Shown: piece by piece, positions 51,475 to 62,953 of the stretch
Position numbering within the stretch: position 1 is the stretch's first letter
How the letters are laid out: each line of letters starts with the position of its first letter
Assembly (NCBI GenBank): GCA_030390025.1
Contig: CM059431.1
Location: 125,676,001 to 125,740,000, forward strand
DNA from: Squalus acanthias
Taxonomy: Eukaryota
DNA length: 64,000 nucleotides
Reading direction: 5' to 3'
Made by a program: the position numbers and the translations under genes
The notes under the pieces: generated by a model
What the model saw: only the letters and a program-made list of their open reading frames with translations
Databases searched by the model: none
What the model was told of the DNA's origin: nothing

Positions 51475-52999
51475 GATCCTAACATCAGCAGAGGAGACTG
51501 CCTTGGAAGTTTCTGGAGTTGCCGAGCAGCTGGAGGTGGGAGACGGAGTGAGGGGGACATCCCAGCAACCTGGTGACGGAATTACATATCATGCAGCTAC
51601 TTGGCATACATCAGTCACTCATATGGGGAATGATGTCATCAGCCACTGTATGGTCATCATGTGCATGATGGTATCTGTACCCATTCTTCATAGGACATAT
51701 CTAACTCATCTCTTTACTCTCCCACAGGTCCATCAAGAGCCCCCCGCCACCCCTCCCACACTGTCCAGGGGGAAGAGGAAGACGACTCCTCAAAGGAGCC
51801 TCCAGCCTCTGAGGGCACATCATCACCAGACATAAGTGCACCCAGCACCAGCGCAGATATGCACACCTCGGTGGGTGCCACGCGACATAGATTATTGTTG
51901 TCACCTGGTGTGTCACAAGTGAGCAAGAGGAGATGGTGGAGACAGAGACAGCAGTGGAGATTCCTCGCCGGAGGGCACAGGAAGCTCCCGGCTCTGCTCA
52001 GCTGCATGCAGACGCTGAGCCTCGGGGGCCATCGAGAAAGAGGGTGTTCCTGGTGGTGCTGCAAGAAGTGCAGGAGGCTTTGACAAGTTTTGCAACCGCG
52101 GTGTCTGCAAATGTGCAGAGAATAGAGGCGTGCATCTCCAACATGAGCACCACCGTGTCGCAAGTGATGGCGACTGTAGGCTCTTCCATGGAAAGGATGG
52201 CCATCTGCATGGAGCAGCTAATGTGCCAGTCACAGGAGCACATGGTCTCTTGGAGAATAGATGGCAGAGGCTCATAGACCTTCTCTCTTGGTGGGATGTC
52301 AATGTAGACATGGGTCCTCATGGCCCTACTGCTGTTCAGCAAGGTGCTCTCCAGCTCCTTGCTAGCAGGGAAGTGTGGGTGGCCCAAGAGAGGGATGATG
52401 GTGAGAGGGGACATGAAGTGGGGGCTCCTCTCAAAGCGCTCACACTTTTCCCCAGTTGTCACCCGCTCAATCAGAGCCCCAGATGCCTCCTCAAATAGCG
52501 ATGGATGAGTCTGCCCCTGAACAGTCGCAGGAGGAGCAGACTTTGGCGGGGCCATCAGAGTCTCGAAAACCCAGAGGATGTCCGCCAAAAGCGTCTAAGC
52601 AGTCACAGCAGTGAAGTGAGCAGGCTGCCTCTACCTCTGCTGAAGCCACAGGGGTAGCATCTTGTAGAAGCACGTGTAAGAGTAAGGTGGAACACAAACA
52701 GATTCACAAGGGTAGCCACTTGGGTGTTTTATTCAATGTTTCTGCAAAGTTTCCGTTACTGAAATGTCACACATAAAAATCTTTATTTTCACTAATTTCC
52801 AGTCATGGACAAATTTGTGTGCATTTTTGGAAATGGCTTAGTGAGTTGGAGTTAATGGTCAGACATAACGTTACCTCCAGCAATGGTGGACAGTGTGAAA
52901 GGAATGACTTGGTCATTGTAGGGATGCTTTATGGTGTTGCTGTGGTGTAGTGCCAACCTGGCACAGAATGTGGCAGCCATATGGTTGTTACATGTAAAG

Positions 53000-54233
53000 T
53001 TAAGTAAATCTGGCCATGATGAGGCCATCCCTGCCCTCCCGGGCAGCAACGTACTCAGGTGCTGGTGGCAACTAGACCGCAGGGTCCTCCTGCTCCTTCT
53101 CCTCCTCGTCTTCCAGCTGATGCTACTCCTCCACCTCCTCCTCCAAAGAGGCTGTGTGCTCAGTGCCTTGCTCCTCATGCAGCGCTAATCCTCGCTGCTG
53201 CGCTCTGTTGTGCAGGATGCAGCAGACCACGATGGTTCTGGAGACTCTGGCTGGTGCATACTGAAGGGCTCCTTCAGATCTGTCAAGGCATCTGAAGTGC
53301 ATTTTGAGCATGCCTATTGTCTGCTCTATGACACATCTGGTGGAAATATGGCTTTCATTATATCTCTCCTGGGCCTCTGTACTTGGCCTCCTCAAGGGTT
53401 TCATGAGCCACATCTTCAGTGGATAGCGCTTGTCTCCAAGCAGCCAGCCGGAAAGTCTGTTTGGAGGAGCGAAGAGCTGAGGGAGGGTGGACTGGCGCTG
53501 GACAAAAGACACATGACAACTGCCAGGGAATTTGGTGCTTCCATGCATGATGATCTTCCTATGGCTGCAGACCAGCTGCACATTGAGGGAGTGGTTAACA
53601 AAGACTCCTGGGTGATGATGGGGTGCCCTGATGGCCACAATGTGTGCAGTCAATGATGCCCTGCACATGTGGGAAGCCAGCCAGAGTGGCAACGCCGAAT
53701 GCCCGTTCAGTAACACTGGCTTTATCAGTGGCAAAGTTGATATAATTGGCTGACTTGTCAAACAGGGCATCGGTGACCTGTGTGATGCATCTGTGGGCGG
53801 CCGACTGCGAGATGCCGCAAATGTCTGTTGCAGATCCCTAGATGCAGCCTGAGGCGAAGATGTTGAGGGTGCTGGTGACTTTGACAGCCCCTGGTAAGGC
53901 ATGTCCACCCGTTCCTCTGGGCTGCAGGTCTTGTTCCAGCAATCTGCAAATGTCTGCAACGACCTGGCGCAATAGCCTGAGCCTCCTTTGGCACTGCTGC
54001 TCAGTCATGTAGAGGAAACTCATCCTCTGCCTGTATACCCTGTGTTGGGGGTATCGCCTCCGGCGCGGTGCAGCCCTGAGCTGATGCCCTCTGTCCTGTG
54101 CAGCATCAGGTGGCTCAGGAAAAGGTTGGTGGTGTTGTTGTTGGTGCTGCTGGTGTGCCTGGTTCTGCTGGTGTTGGGGCTCATCATGGTCCAATTCTGA
54201 GGACCAAGATGAGAGAGTATAAATGGCACTCAT
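53000..54233 (-). pseudogene. Harbinger DDE transposase, frameshifted
   Basis: Q/H-rich N-terminus, [47 protein letters not shown], acidic tail ending MARFT*. Confidence 0.9.
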
Positions 54234-55809
54234 GCTTGTGTAATAGATGGCAGGTCAAGTAGAGATGACAGAAGCAATTTGTCAATGATGTGACAGGTTC
54301 TAACAATGAGTTGACACTGGATGGTGACTTTGCTGGAAACACTTGCAGCCTGCAGAAAGCTAAAGCTCTGCTGGTAATGCAGTCAGCAACAGCTTCTGCC
54401 TGAGGAAAGTGATCAACTGTGTGGTGAGAGTTTTTTGGTACTGTGCACTAATCAGCTGGATCAATGGCCACTCAACTTCCGCCCCAGGTTCCCGAGCTGC
54501 GTGATTCCCGTGGTCATCCAGTGAAATTTGAAAGGTAGGGATGAAAAGACTCTTAAGGGTCTGACAAGTACCTAATAATGAGTTAAATTAGCTCGTCCGC
54601 CTCTGCCATGCGGGTCGCTTTCGCACCGGCAAACACGCCCAAGGAAAAGGCGCGTGGGAGCAGGATGACGGTGGTTTCCCAACCCGCTGCAAGATATTTC
54701 AAATTTCCCACCCGACTCGCCTCTGATCGCGCCCGCACGGACCCCAGAAAATTCCGGCCCTCCAGTTCAGTTTCTGCCCTGATCACAGAATCAAGATCAC
54801 TTTGGTCAAAGTCACCAATGATATCTTTTAGATTGTGATTACGGTGTATTGTCCCTCCTTGTTCTCCTGTGTATAACACAGTTTAACCACTCCATCTTCC
54901 TCCATCACCTCTCCTGTATTGTCTAGCTCAGTGTGACTCACCTTATATGGTTCCACTTCTACTGGTGCATCTCAAAATAACGGCTTCTAATTTCCCTCAT
55001 GCTCCCGCACAGTCATCTCCAAGAGTTCTCAAATTCTATCCTGGGCCCCCTCCTCTTCAGCTGCATGCTTCCCCACGGTAACATCATCTGCATGCAATGA
55101 TTCAGATTTGATATGTATGCCGATGACACCAAGTTCTCCACCACTGCCCTTAACCACATGACTACCACAGGACTGCCAGACTGCCCGTCTGATATTAAGT
55201 CATGGATGAGCCAAAATGTCCGCCAGTTGAAAGCTGGAAATATCAAAGCCGTTGTTTTCAGCCCCCCGACCCCACCATGAACTCTTGCCACTCAGTCAGG
55301 CTGAATCAGGCTTGAAATTTCAGCATCCTCTTCAATCCAGATCTGAGCTTCACATTCTATCCATCACCAAGACTGCCTACTTCCTACAACATCACCGGCC
55401 ACACCATATCTCACCCCACTGACGCTTATTCACATTTTTTTGATCTCAGTCACCTCTCCTAACTCTCCGGCCATGGCCTGGCATCTCTTTTATTTTTGCA
55501 TTAAAGGTTCTATATAAAAGCAACTTATTGCTGTCACTGTAATCATTGGCATCAAAATTGCCATTCAACCTTTAGGGGCCAGCAAAGAATTCAGTGATGT
55601 CCTTTTGGAAGCTTGACTTCCCTTAAAACACTAAATAAAGGATAATCCAGAACTATGTGCTACTTAGTCCATCTGATGGGTCAAATTAATTTCTTTTAGT
55701 TCCACACTTTCTTATATTATTATCATGTGGCAGACACTGAGTACAGATTCCGCTAAAAAATTTAACATTTTTAATTAATAAAAATAATTTTTGCTTGTTA
55801 CCACACTTT

Positions 55810-56652
55810 GGCAGGAATTTTAACCTTAAAAAAAATGGGTGGGTTGGGGACGTGTGGGAAATTAAAGTGTTAAAAATCTGAAACCCGACCTGAACCTGCC
55901 TCCAACCCGCCCGCTCCCAGTTTTCACAGAGGCAGGACAAGGGGCGGCCAGCCAATCTACTGCCAGGAGGCGGGTCATCTTTTTAAATATTATAATGAGC
56001 TGGACGCCGCTGCTTTAACCTCCATTTTAAAGTTAACTTTAGTTGGTCAGGCTTTGCATGCCTCATGAAACCTGTCAGCTAATGCAAGGCAAGGACTGCT
56101 GGATCCAGGAGGTAAGTGCCTTTACAGTTACCTCCTGGATCCCCCCCTCCACCCACGAGGCCTCCCCGCCCAGGTCTCTGAACCTCCCACGAGGCCTCCC
56201 CCCATGCTCCTCCAGTGCCCCACCCCCCGCTCCTCAGACTGCCGATTTTTGCTGATACCCCGTCCCCCCACCCTGCTCCTCCAGCCCTCCCTGGGCTGCT
56301 CACAGCCCCCGATTCAGTGACCACCCCACCCCACCCCGTGCTACTCCCGGCCCACGATCTTCAGCGACCCCCTCCCTGATCCTCCGGCCACCCCCCGGCC
56401 CTGATCTTCTTCCGATGCCCCCCATCCCGCTCATCCGGCCTGCTTCTCTGGCCGCACCCCCCCGCACACGATCCCTCCCTCCCTCCTCTCTGCGGCCTAG
56501 TGCCGCAGGCCTACGCGCCCAGAGCCAGCCAGCTTCTCAAAATGGTTGCCTGCGGGTGGGAAACAGAGGCTTCCCATGCAAATCAGACCATGCCCGTTAA
56601 ATTCGGCAGGGCCTGCAAACGCCCCACCACCTTCCCTATTAAAATTCAGCCC
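55810..56652. mobile_element. GC-rich non-autonomous DNA element with a C-rich core
   Basis: Termini ggcaggaattttaa / ttaaaattcagccc. Reverse homologue of 27248-28640. Confidence 0.6.
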
Positions 56653-57413
56653 TTTCGCTTGGAAAATAATAAACAGGTTAGATTCAGCTGATAGCATGCA
56701 AATTGCAAAATCTAGCAAGCATAACAAAAAAATCAAGAGGTATTTCCTTAGAATTTTAATTTTGCTAATCTGTTAAGACACTCAATTAGGGATAATCTAG
56801 AGAGTCTGATAAGTGAGCAGTGAACCTTGCCATTTCAAAGATTTGCTTCCATGCTGCCCATGATTTCCCTACGATAATCTTTATGAACGTAACTCATAAA
56901 TCATCGCCATGTCAGAGAGCACACGCACCAATGTTCAACTAAGTCAAGAAACAAGTCAGGTTATAACTCAACTGAACTTGTGGTTGCCTTTAAGATGTCT
57001 AATGAGGAGACTGAGAAGCTGTCCACTTTTGGATAAATTAAGTATGGTGTGCTTAAATAATTGCAACTCAACTTTTATCACCTTTGTCTAATAAAATACA
57101 TTTGAATGCTAAACATGTTAAATGATGGACTCAGCAGGAGTTTCAATTTTAATATGGAGAGACACTTATTAAATGCTACTGACAGGTGAGAAGGGCTACA
57201 CTTAAATCATTCCATTTAGTCATTGAGCTCAGGAAAAATAATGATTACAAAATGGCTGAAATAAATCAGAAGCAATGAACTGGTTAGAGCCCTTGGCTAA
57301 TGTAGCATAAAAGACTGAGGAATGTGTGCATAACCATAGTCAGGATAGTTGTCTGCAGTCACTTTTACACAGTACTGGGAGAGACATGCAAAAAAGTATG
57401 AAGAAATATGTCA

Positions 57414-57608
57414 TTAGTTCTTGAAAATTAGGGACAGGCAGAATTTAGGCTGGATGAATCTTGCATAGAAATCTTTGCCATGATAAATTTCTCTTCCCTC
57501 GAGCCCACTGAATATAGACAAAATACAGCTCATGACCTCAGCAAGATTATAATTATAGCACATAAGAAAAACTTTACAAAGGGGAACTGATACCACAGTT
57601 TGTCTCAT
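57414..57608 (-). pseudogene. Candidate N-terminal exon of the RGS22/RGSL1-like gene
   Basis: VPLCKVFLMCYNYNLAEVMS resembles the recalled RGS22 N-terminal LP.FL...CY.EY.LA.LVS motif. Weak. Confidence 0.3.
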
Positions 57609-57901
57609 TTTTGTGACTGGGGTTTGAATCTAACCAATACTGATATGATGGTGGGTGGCGGGGTTACAATTCCTTCTCTGTCTCTGATGGTTAGAAAAGA
57701 ATATGAGCTTCACCCTGCATCACATCTGACCTGAGAGTGCCTGGTGCTGGCTTCAGGTGAAAGCTTTAGAAGAAATAGAGCCAATTCCCTGATGTCATAC
57801 TTGGGGAGCACGCTCCCACCCAGACTTCGTTAGCAGCATGGAATCGATCAGCGAGGCCCAAACGCACTTGCTGCTCAACTTCTGATTCTGCAGGAGATAA
57901 A

Positions 57902-60900
57902 GGGCTCGATTTTGCCAGGCCCGAGGAGGTGGGATTGGAGGCGTGTGAGGTGTTAAAATCGTGAAAAATGGCGGGCGGGCGGGCCCAATCCCGCCTCCAT
58001 CCCGCCTCCGCGCAATTTTCCCAAATGCATATTTTCTGTCCCCATCTCCATCCCGCCATTTTGAGCGGCCTTTCTGATTTTAACACTTTTCCCACGTGGT
58101 TCATGTCTGCTCTGAAACACGCCAGTGAAACCTGGCGTCAGCACAAGTGGATTGCTTACTAACAGCTGCAGCTCCAACATTAAAAAGGAGTTTTCAGCAA
58201 TCATCATTTGCAGATGGCAGAACTTTGTTGTCTCAGGTCTGGGGGAACTTTTAGCAGGCATACCCATTGTTGTGGAAGTTTGGAGCCTGACACCCATCTC
58301 CAGTGTGACCTCCTGGGAAACCCCTCTCGCCACCTTGAATGAGCGCTTCCTCAACTGAGGCATATACCAGAAGAATGGGTACCATTTATTTCCTTTCCTC
58401 CTGGACATCAGATTCGGACGAAGACCAGCCGTGGTAGCAACAGATCCATGAACAACAGCACCACTAACAGCAGCAGCAACAACAGGAGCGCCAAGCTGCT
58501 GCTCACCCACCTGAAGCTGCACAGGCTAGAAGGCGCCAGCGCGCGACCATATTGCTGCCCGAGATGCAAGGGACGCACTCCTCTTGGCCAGATTTGCTTA
58601 GCCTGCACAATCAAACACTTTTGCCTCGCACCTTCTTATCAGACCATCGACAATGGCCAAGAACCTGCGGATTGCTATCACTCTGACCACCATACTGACA
58701 ATTGCAAGTCATCCTAAGCCCTCAGTGTGGAAGTCCCATTAACGATATGACAGACGCCACAACTGCAACAGTTGCCATCAGAATGTTTTATTTACTATAA
58801 CCAACTGATGGCGTTTCAAAATTAAACATGACATTTCACCCAAGTGACTACCCTTGTGACTACTTGTGCATTATCTTCCTCTTATGCGTGCTCCTACGTG
58901 ATGCCTCCCCTGTGGCTTCAGCAGATGTGGAGGCCCCTTGCTCACTTTCTTGCTGCTCCTGTCTCGATACCTTTGGCGGGCGTCCTCTGGGGTAGCGAGC
59001 CTGTGAGGGCTCGGCACCAGTCTGCTGCTCCTGCGGCTGTGCAGGGGTTGAGACGCCGATCTCAGTTGGGTGGGGACACTGGTGGGGCTTTGACCGAGGA
59101 CATTGCAGTGGCATGGTCGTGTGAGCGCTTGGAGAGGAGCCCCCACTTCCTTGTTGTCTGCCGCCAACATCCCTCTCATGGGTCAGCCCCACTTCAGAGC
59201 TAGCAAGTGGATTGACTGCACCTTGCTGCGCTTAAGCGGGGCCATGAGGACCCGTTTCTGTACTGGAAGTCCTACTCCCAAGGACTTGCCTGAAGGTCTG
59301 GTTTGTTTGCTCAATAGCTAATCATCACTCCTCAAGAGATGTCAGTCTATTCTGTACAATGACCATGTTTTCCATACCCTGGCGACTAAGCTCATTGATG
59401 GACGTAGCCATCCTCTCCTCTACCGTAGCCATCCTCTCCTCTACGATAGCCAGCCTTACCATGGAGGTAGCCATCCTTTCCATGGAGGTTGCCTTCCTTT
59501 CCGTGGTGATACGTTCATGCGCCAACGCCTCCACAAAGGCTCTGCTCATGTTCGCGATGGACTCCTCCATTCGCTCCACACTCACAGTGACCCTGGAGAC
59601 AAAACCTGCCAGAGACTCCTGCACTTCTTCCTGGAGTTCCAGCACCGCTGTTCTTCTGGATGGACCCGGCGGCAGAGGGTCGACTTGCAGCTGAGCCGAG
59701 CTGGCAGAGTCCTGCGCCCTCTGATTAGGACTCTCCACTGCTGTCCCTGACTCCACCATCTGCTGATGCTCACTTGTGAGCTGTGATACACCAGCTGACA
59801 ACACTACTCTATCTCGCGAAGGTACCACCGAGGTGTGAGTGTCTGCGCTGGTGCTGGGTGCGCTGAATTCTGCTGACGCTGCGCCCTCAGAGGTTGCAGC
59901 TTCCTCTGAGGTGTCTGGAGGCTCAGGCTGTTCCTCCTGGATAGTGGGGATGGGGGCTGTCGATGGTCCTGTGGGGAAGTAAAGGAAAGAGTCAGAGATG
60001 TGAGGCCAAGGTTACATGCACATTGAATATTGCAGATGATCATAAGTCAATCTGTTATAGCATCAGAATCATTATCAGTGACTCATGCAATGTCAATGAG
60101 AGAGATGAAAAACTATTCTGTCACCAGCTTGCTCTGATGCACCCGTCTGTCCGTCCCCCACTTACGCATCGTCCTCCACTCCCACAATCTCCAAGGCCGC
60201 CTCCTCCCAGGGGGTGAGCTGGGCTACTGAGGGTGGCCCTCCTCCTGTCCTCGCTTTTTCCCTCTTATTGTGAGCTCTCTTTTCCTGCAATGAGGGAGAC
60301 AAGTGGAGTTTGAGTGAGAATGAAGGAGTGAGTGTAGAGAATCCATAGCATAGATGCCTAGAAGGAGACAAAGATTCAGTGAGGTGGCAAGACCAAGGGC
60401 CCTCCCTGTGTGTTATAAGTTGTTTTCATAACATCACAGCGATAGGGAGTGTGAGGGCTGCATAGTCGAATAGTTAAGTGAATGTGAACATACAGAGAGA
60501 GGGAATGGGTAAGGGTGCAGGGATGTCAGTGTCAAGTGGGATGTGGAGGAAGAGGTTGTCAAAGCAGAGTGATGGTGAGGAGAGGCAATGGGGATCAGAT
60601 TGAGGGTGATGGGAAAGTCATACTTACTTTTCCAGTGCGCAGAAGGTCATGAAACCTCTTCCTGCACAGCAGCCAGGTTCTGCGGCACATAGACAAGGAG
60701 TTGACCTCCTGGGCCACTTGCATCCACACAGCCTTCGTCTGCTGGGGAGGCTTCTTCCTCCCTGAAGAAGGGAAGAGCACCTCCTTATTCCCTCTTGCTC
60801 CCTCCACCAGAGCAAGCAGGGCGGTGTCATCAAACCTTGGTGCAGACTTAGGTCTACTGCTGGACATTTTGCCTGGAAGAAAGTATCAGAGCAAAGGCCA

Positions 60901-61147
60901 AAAGGTTTGCAGTCTGCAGAAGAAGCAAGGCTGCTTGCAGGCGTTAAATCCAGCAGCATTGATGACGTCATCGGAGGCGAGTTTCAGAATGGAAAGACTA
61001 ATTGGGCCAGGGGTTCCCACACGCTGGAAATCAATTGCCCAATTAGGGGAAAATCGCATATTTTTCCCACATCAAATTGGAGTCGGGTGGCTAACAGGAA
61101 AAGCAGATGACACGCCCCCAGCCCGCCCAAATGACAAAATCGAGCCC
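57902..61147 (-). mobile_element. Harbinger with a full-length Myb/SANT gene but deleted transposase core
   Basis: TIR gggctcgattttg / caaaatcgagccc, TSD AAA. Transposase N- and C-terminal stubs fused at ~58540. Confidence 0.9.
58860..60867 (-). pseudogene. Harbinger Myb/SANT gene, 3 exons: 60867-60628, 60284-60125, 59968-58860
   Basis: APRFDDTALLALVEG...VWMQVAQEVN...RRTWLLCRKRFHDL, GT-AG sites, (ERMATS)-type 21-nt heptad repeats. Premature stops at 60162 and 59325. Confidence 0.87.
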
Positions 61148-61236
61148 AAAGTATTTACATTTTCTGAGACTGTGCCCTTGATATTAAAGGAAGGTGCGGG
61201 GGAGACCGTAATCGGTCAAAGTGCCTGGTTAGGCCG

Positions 61237-62953
61237 TGTAGAATTCGCAATTATCGCGATTTGATTAATAAGGAGAAAACACAAAGTTTCGTTCAAACAG
61301 CTTTTATTTCAGCAGAATGCTGTCAGGTTTAAATTGGACACAAGCAGCCTGTAAAATGGCCGCCGCACCTCGTGACAGAACATTCTAGACTTTTCAACAG
61401 GCAGACAAGATGGCGTTCCATTAAACATTTTTGCAAGATCGATAACGATTCAGCACAGTGAAGATAATACACGGGACATTATGGGTTTGCAGTATAAACA
61501 TAGATACTGGAATCGGTCTCCCAGGTGCAAAGGAAAGCCATTGTACCAAGTACTTAAGGGCCCATCCAAAGGACATTAATATGTAAACTCCCAACGGCTC
61601 TACGATGAGAGAGCCGTTAGCAGGTAGTTATACAGGACACTTGGAAGCCCCAAACCCCTCCAGGGAGAACACCGACCGATTTAACAATGGGAGAAATATT
61701 AACAGGTACTCAAACATTCATGAGTAGCCCCGAAACCCATTAAGGACGGAGATCACCCATACAAGACATTTGGGCGCCAAACCCTAAACAAAAGAATGGA
61801 CATTATAGTTGGGCGGGAAACGGAAGATTTTTGCACTATAATTGCAGGCCCCAAACCGTCCATTCGCTCTCTTGCCGCTCTTGCTCGCTTGCTGCTTTTA
61901 TCATCGTGGCTGCTCCTGTGTTTTATCCGGTCGATTCGTAACCTCGTGGCTGCTCCTGTGTGCTCGTAGTTGGGCTTCTGCGTGCCTGTTGCCTCTTCTG
62001 AAAAGACTGTTGAACTTTCTGATCCGTACGGATCTACCTCGTGTCGCGTAACGAAGACCTATGTTGGTAACTGGCAGCGGAACCAAAGGCCCGAGATGAG
62101 ATGAGATGAGATGAGATGAGAGGAGAAGAGAAGAAGACCATATCCATCGCCACGGTCAGTAAATCCCGACCGCGCCTGTAGGTCGATCAGCCAAGTCTTC
62201 TCGACAGGAAGTTTTCTTCTTTAAACTTCTAACAAAACATATTGCATCAATGATAACTGGACTGTGCAAACACATCGTATCAATGATATTGACAACGGTG
62301 CTCCTCGACTAAACTGTGAAGTCCACCAACAGAGGTCTTCACTACAGCAGACGGTCCAGCCTACTAGCCCGAGCAGCAGAAGCCAGTAAACAAGTGGGAC
62401 CAGGAGATCTCCTGACCGACACGTGGGTGCTGCGGTGAAAAACATCCGATCAGCTATTCGGAATTTCTCCGAGTTATTACGAGTGGTGAGCATGAGTCTC
62501 GAGATCCTACGAAGCTAGTTTAGGATAGATATTGATAGGGGAGGGTTTAAAGATTAAGGATATTTGTAATGTGTGCCCTATTTACGTTGTGCCGTTCGTT
62601 CCTCGTTTCCCTAAGATTGATTATAACCGTTTGTAAGATTGTACTGTCATTAATCTGTGCGTATGACATGTATTTCATAATTTTAAGTATCATGCAATAA
62701 AGATTTTCCATTTCGTACCATTCAAACCAAGTCTACATGAGTTTTATCTCCATTACTGCTCTCGCATCTAAGTCCAGTGTCTAGAACCGTAAGGGAGAGT
62801 GATTCGAACCACTCACAGGTGTGTCTAGTGTTCCCAGACTGGCTGGAGACCAGAACAGGCAACCAGGCCTAGACCCGCACTGACATACAGGCTGCACAGA
62901 GCCGCGTGAATCTCACAGGCTACGAGACACGCAGGGCAGGAGAATCCCTTACA
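61237..62953 (+). mobile_element. Solo LTR (1717 bp), inserted in a GC-rich MITE (~61175-63420)
   Basis: TGTA...TTACA termini, 4-bp TSD GCCG, cactataa near 61834, AATAAA near 62696. Homologous to 10707-12148. Confidence 0.88.

Larger units (their letters stand above)
48578..52700 (+). pseudogene. Harbinger Myb/SANT gene, 3 exons: 48578-48817; 49162-49230 + 51488-51572; 51728-~52700
   Basis: MTALRQRAAPRFTDDSLHMLVEGV...AWLQIAKEVN...RRTW. Splice sites aag|gtgagt, ttgcag|gaa, cctg|gtgac, cccacag|gtc. Stop at 48704-48706; exon 2 is split by Penelope. Confidence 0.85.
48301..54759 (-). mobile_element. Near-complete PIF/Harbinger transposon with a Penelope insertion
   Basis: TIR ggccgg.attttc, TSD CTC, convergent Myb (+) and transposase (-) genes. 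Confidence 0.93.
48160..55530 (+). mobile_element. Degraded L2 LINE split by the 48301-54759 Harbinger
   Basis: SNLPFLS.VFE left of 48300 continues as Q..F...H....TLVKVTNDI right of 54760. YADDT near 55115 and an L2-type 3' end near 55510. Confidence 0.75.

Noticed and set aside
51475..51560. N-terminus of the 621-aa ORF as a real start
   Set aside because: It lies outside the Penelope TSD and is antisense Harbinger Myb exon 2. The element is simply 5'-truncated.
60161..60166. gtaagt as the Myb exon 2 donor
   Set aside because: Homology with the 48k element continues (VGDG...) to the donor at 60125. The motif arises from a nonsense mutation.
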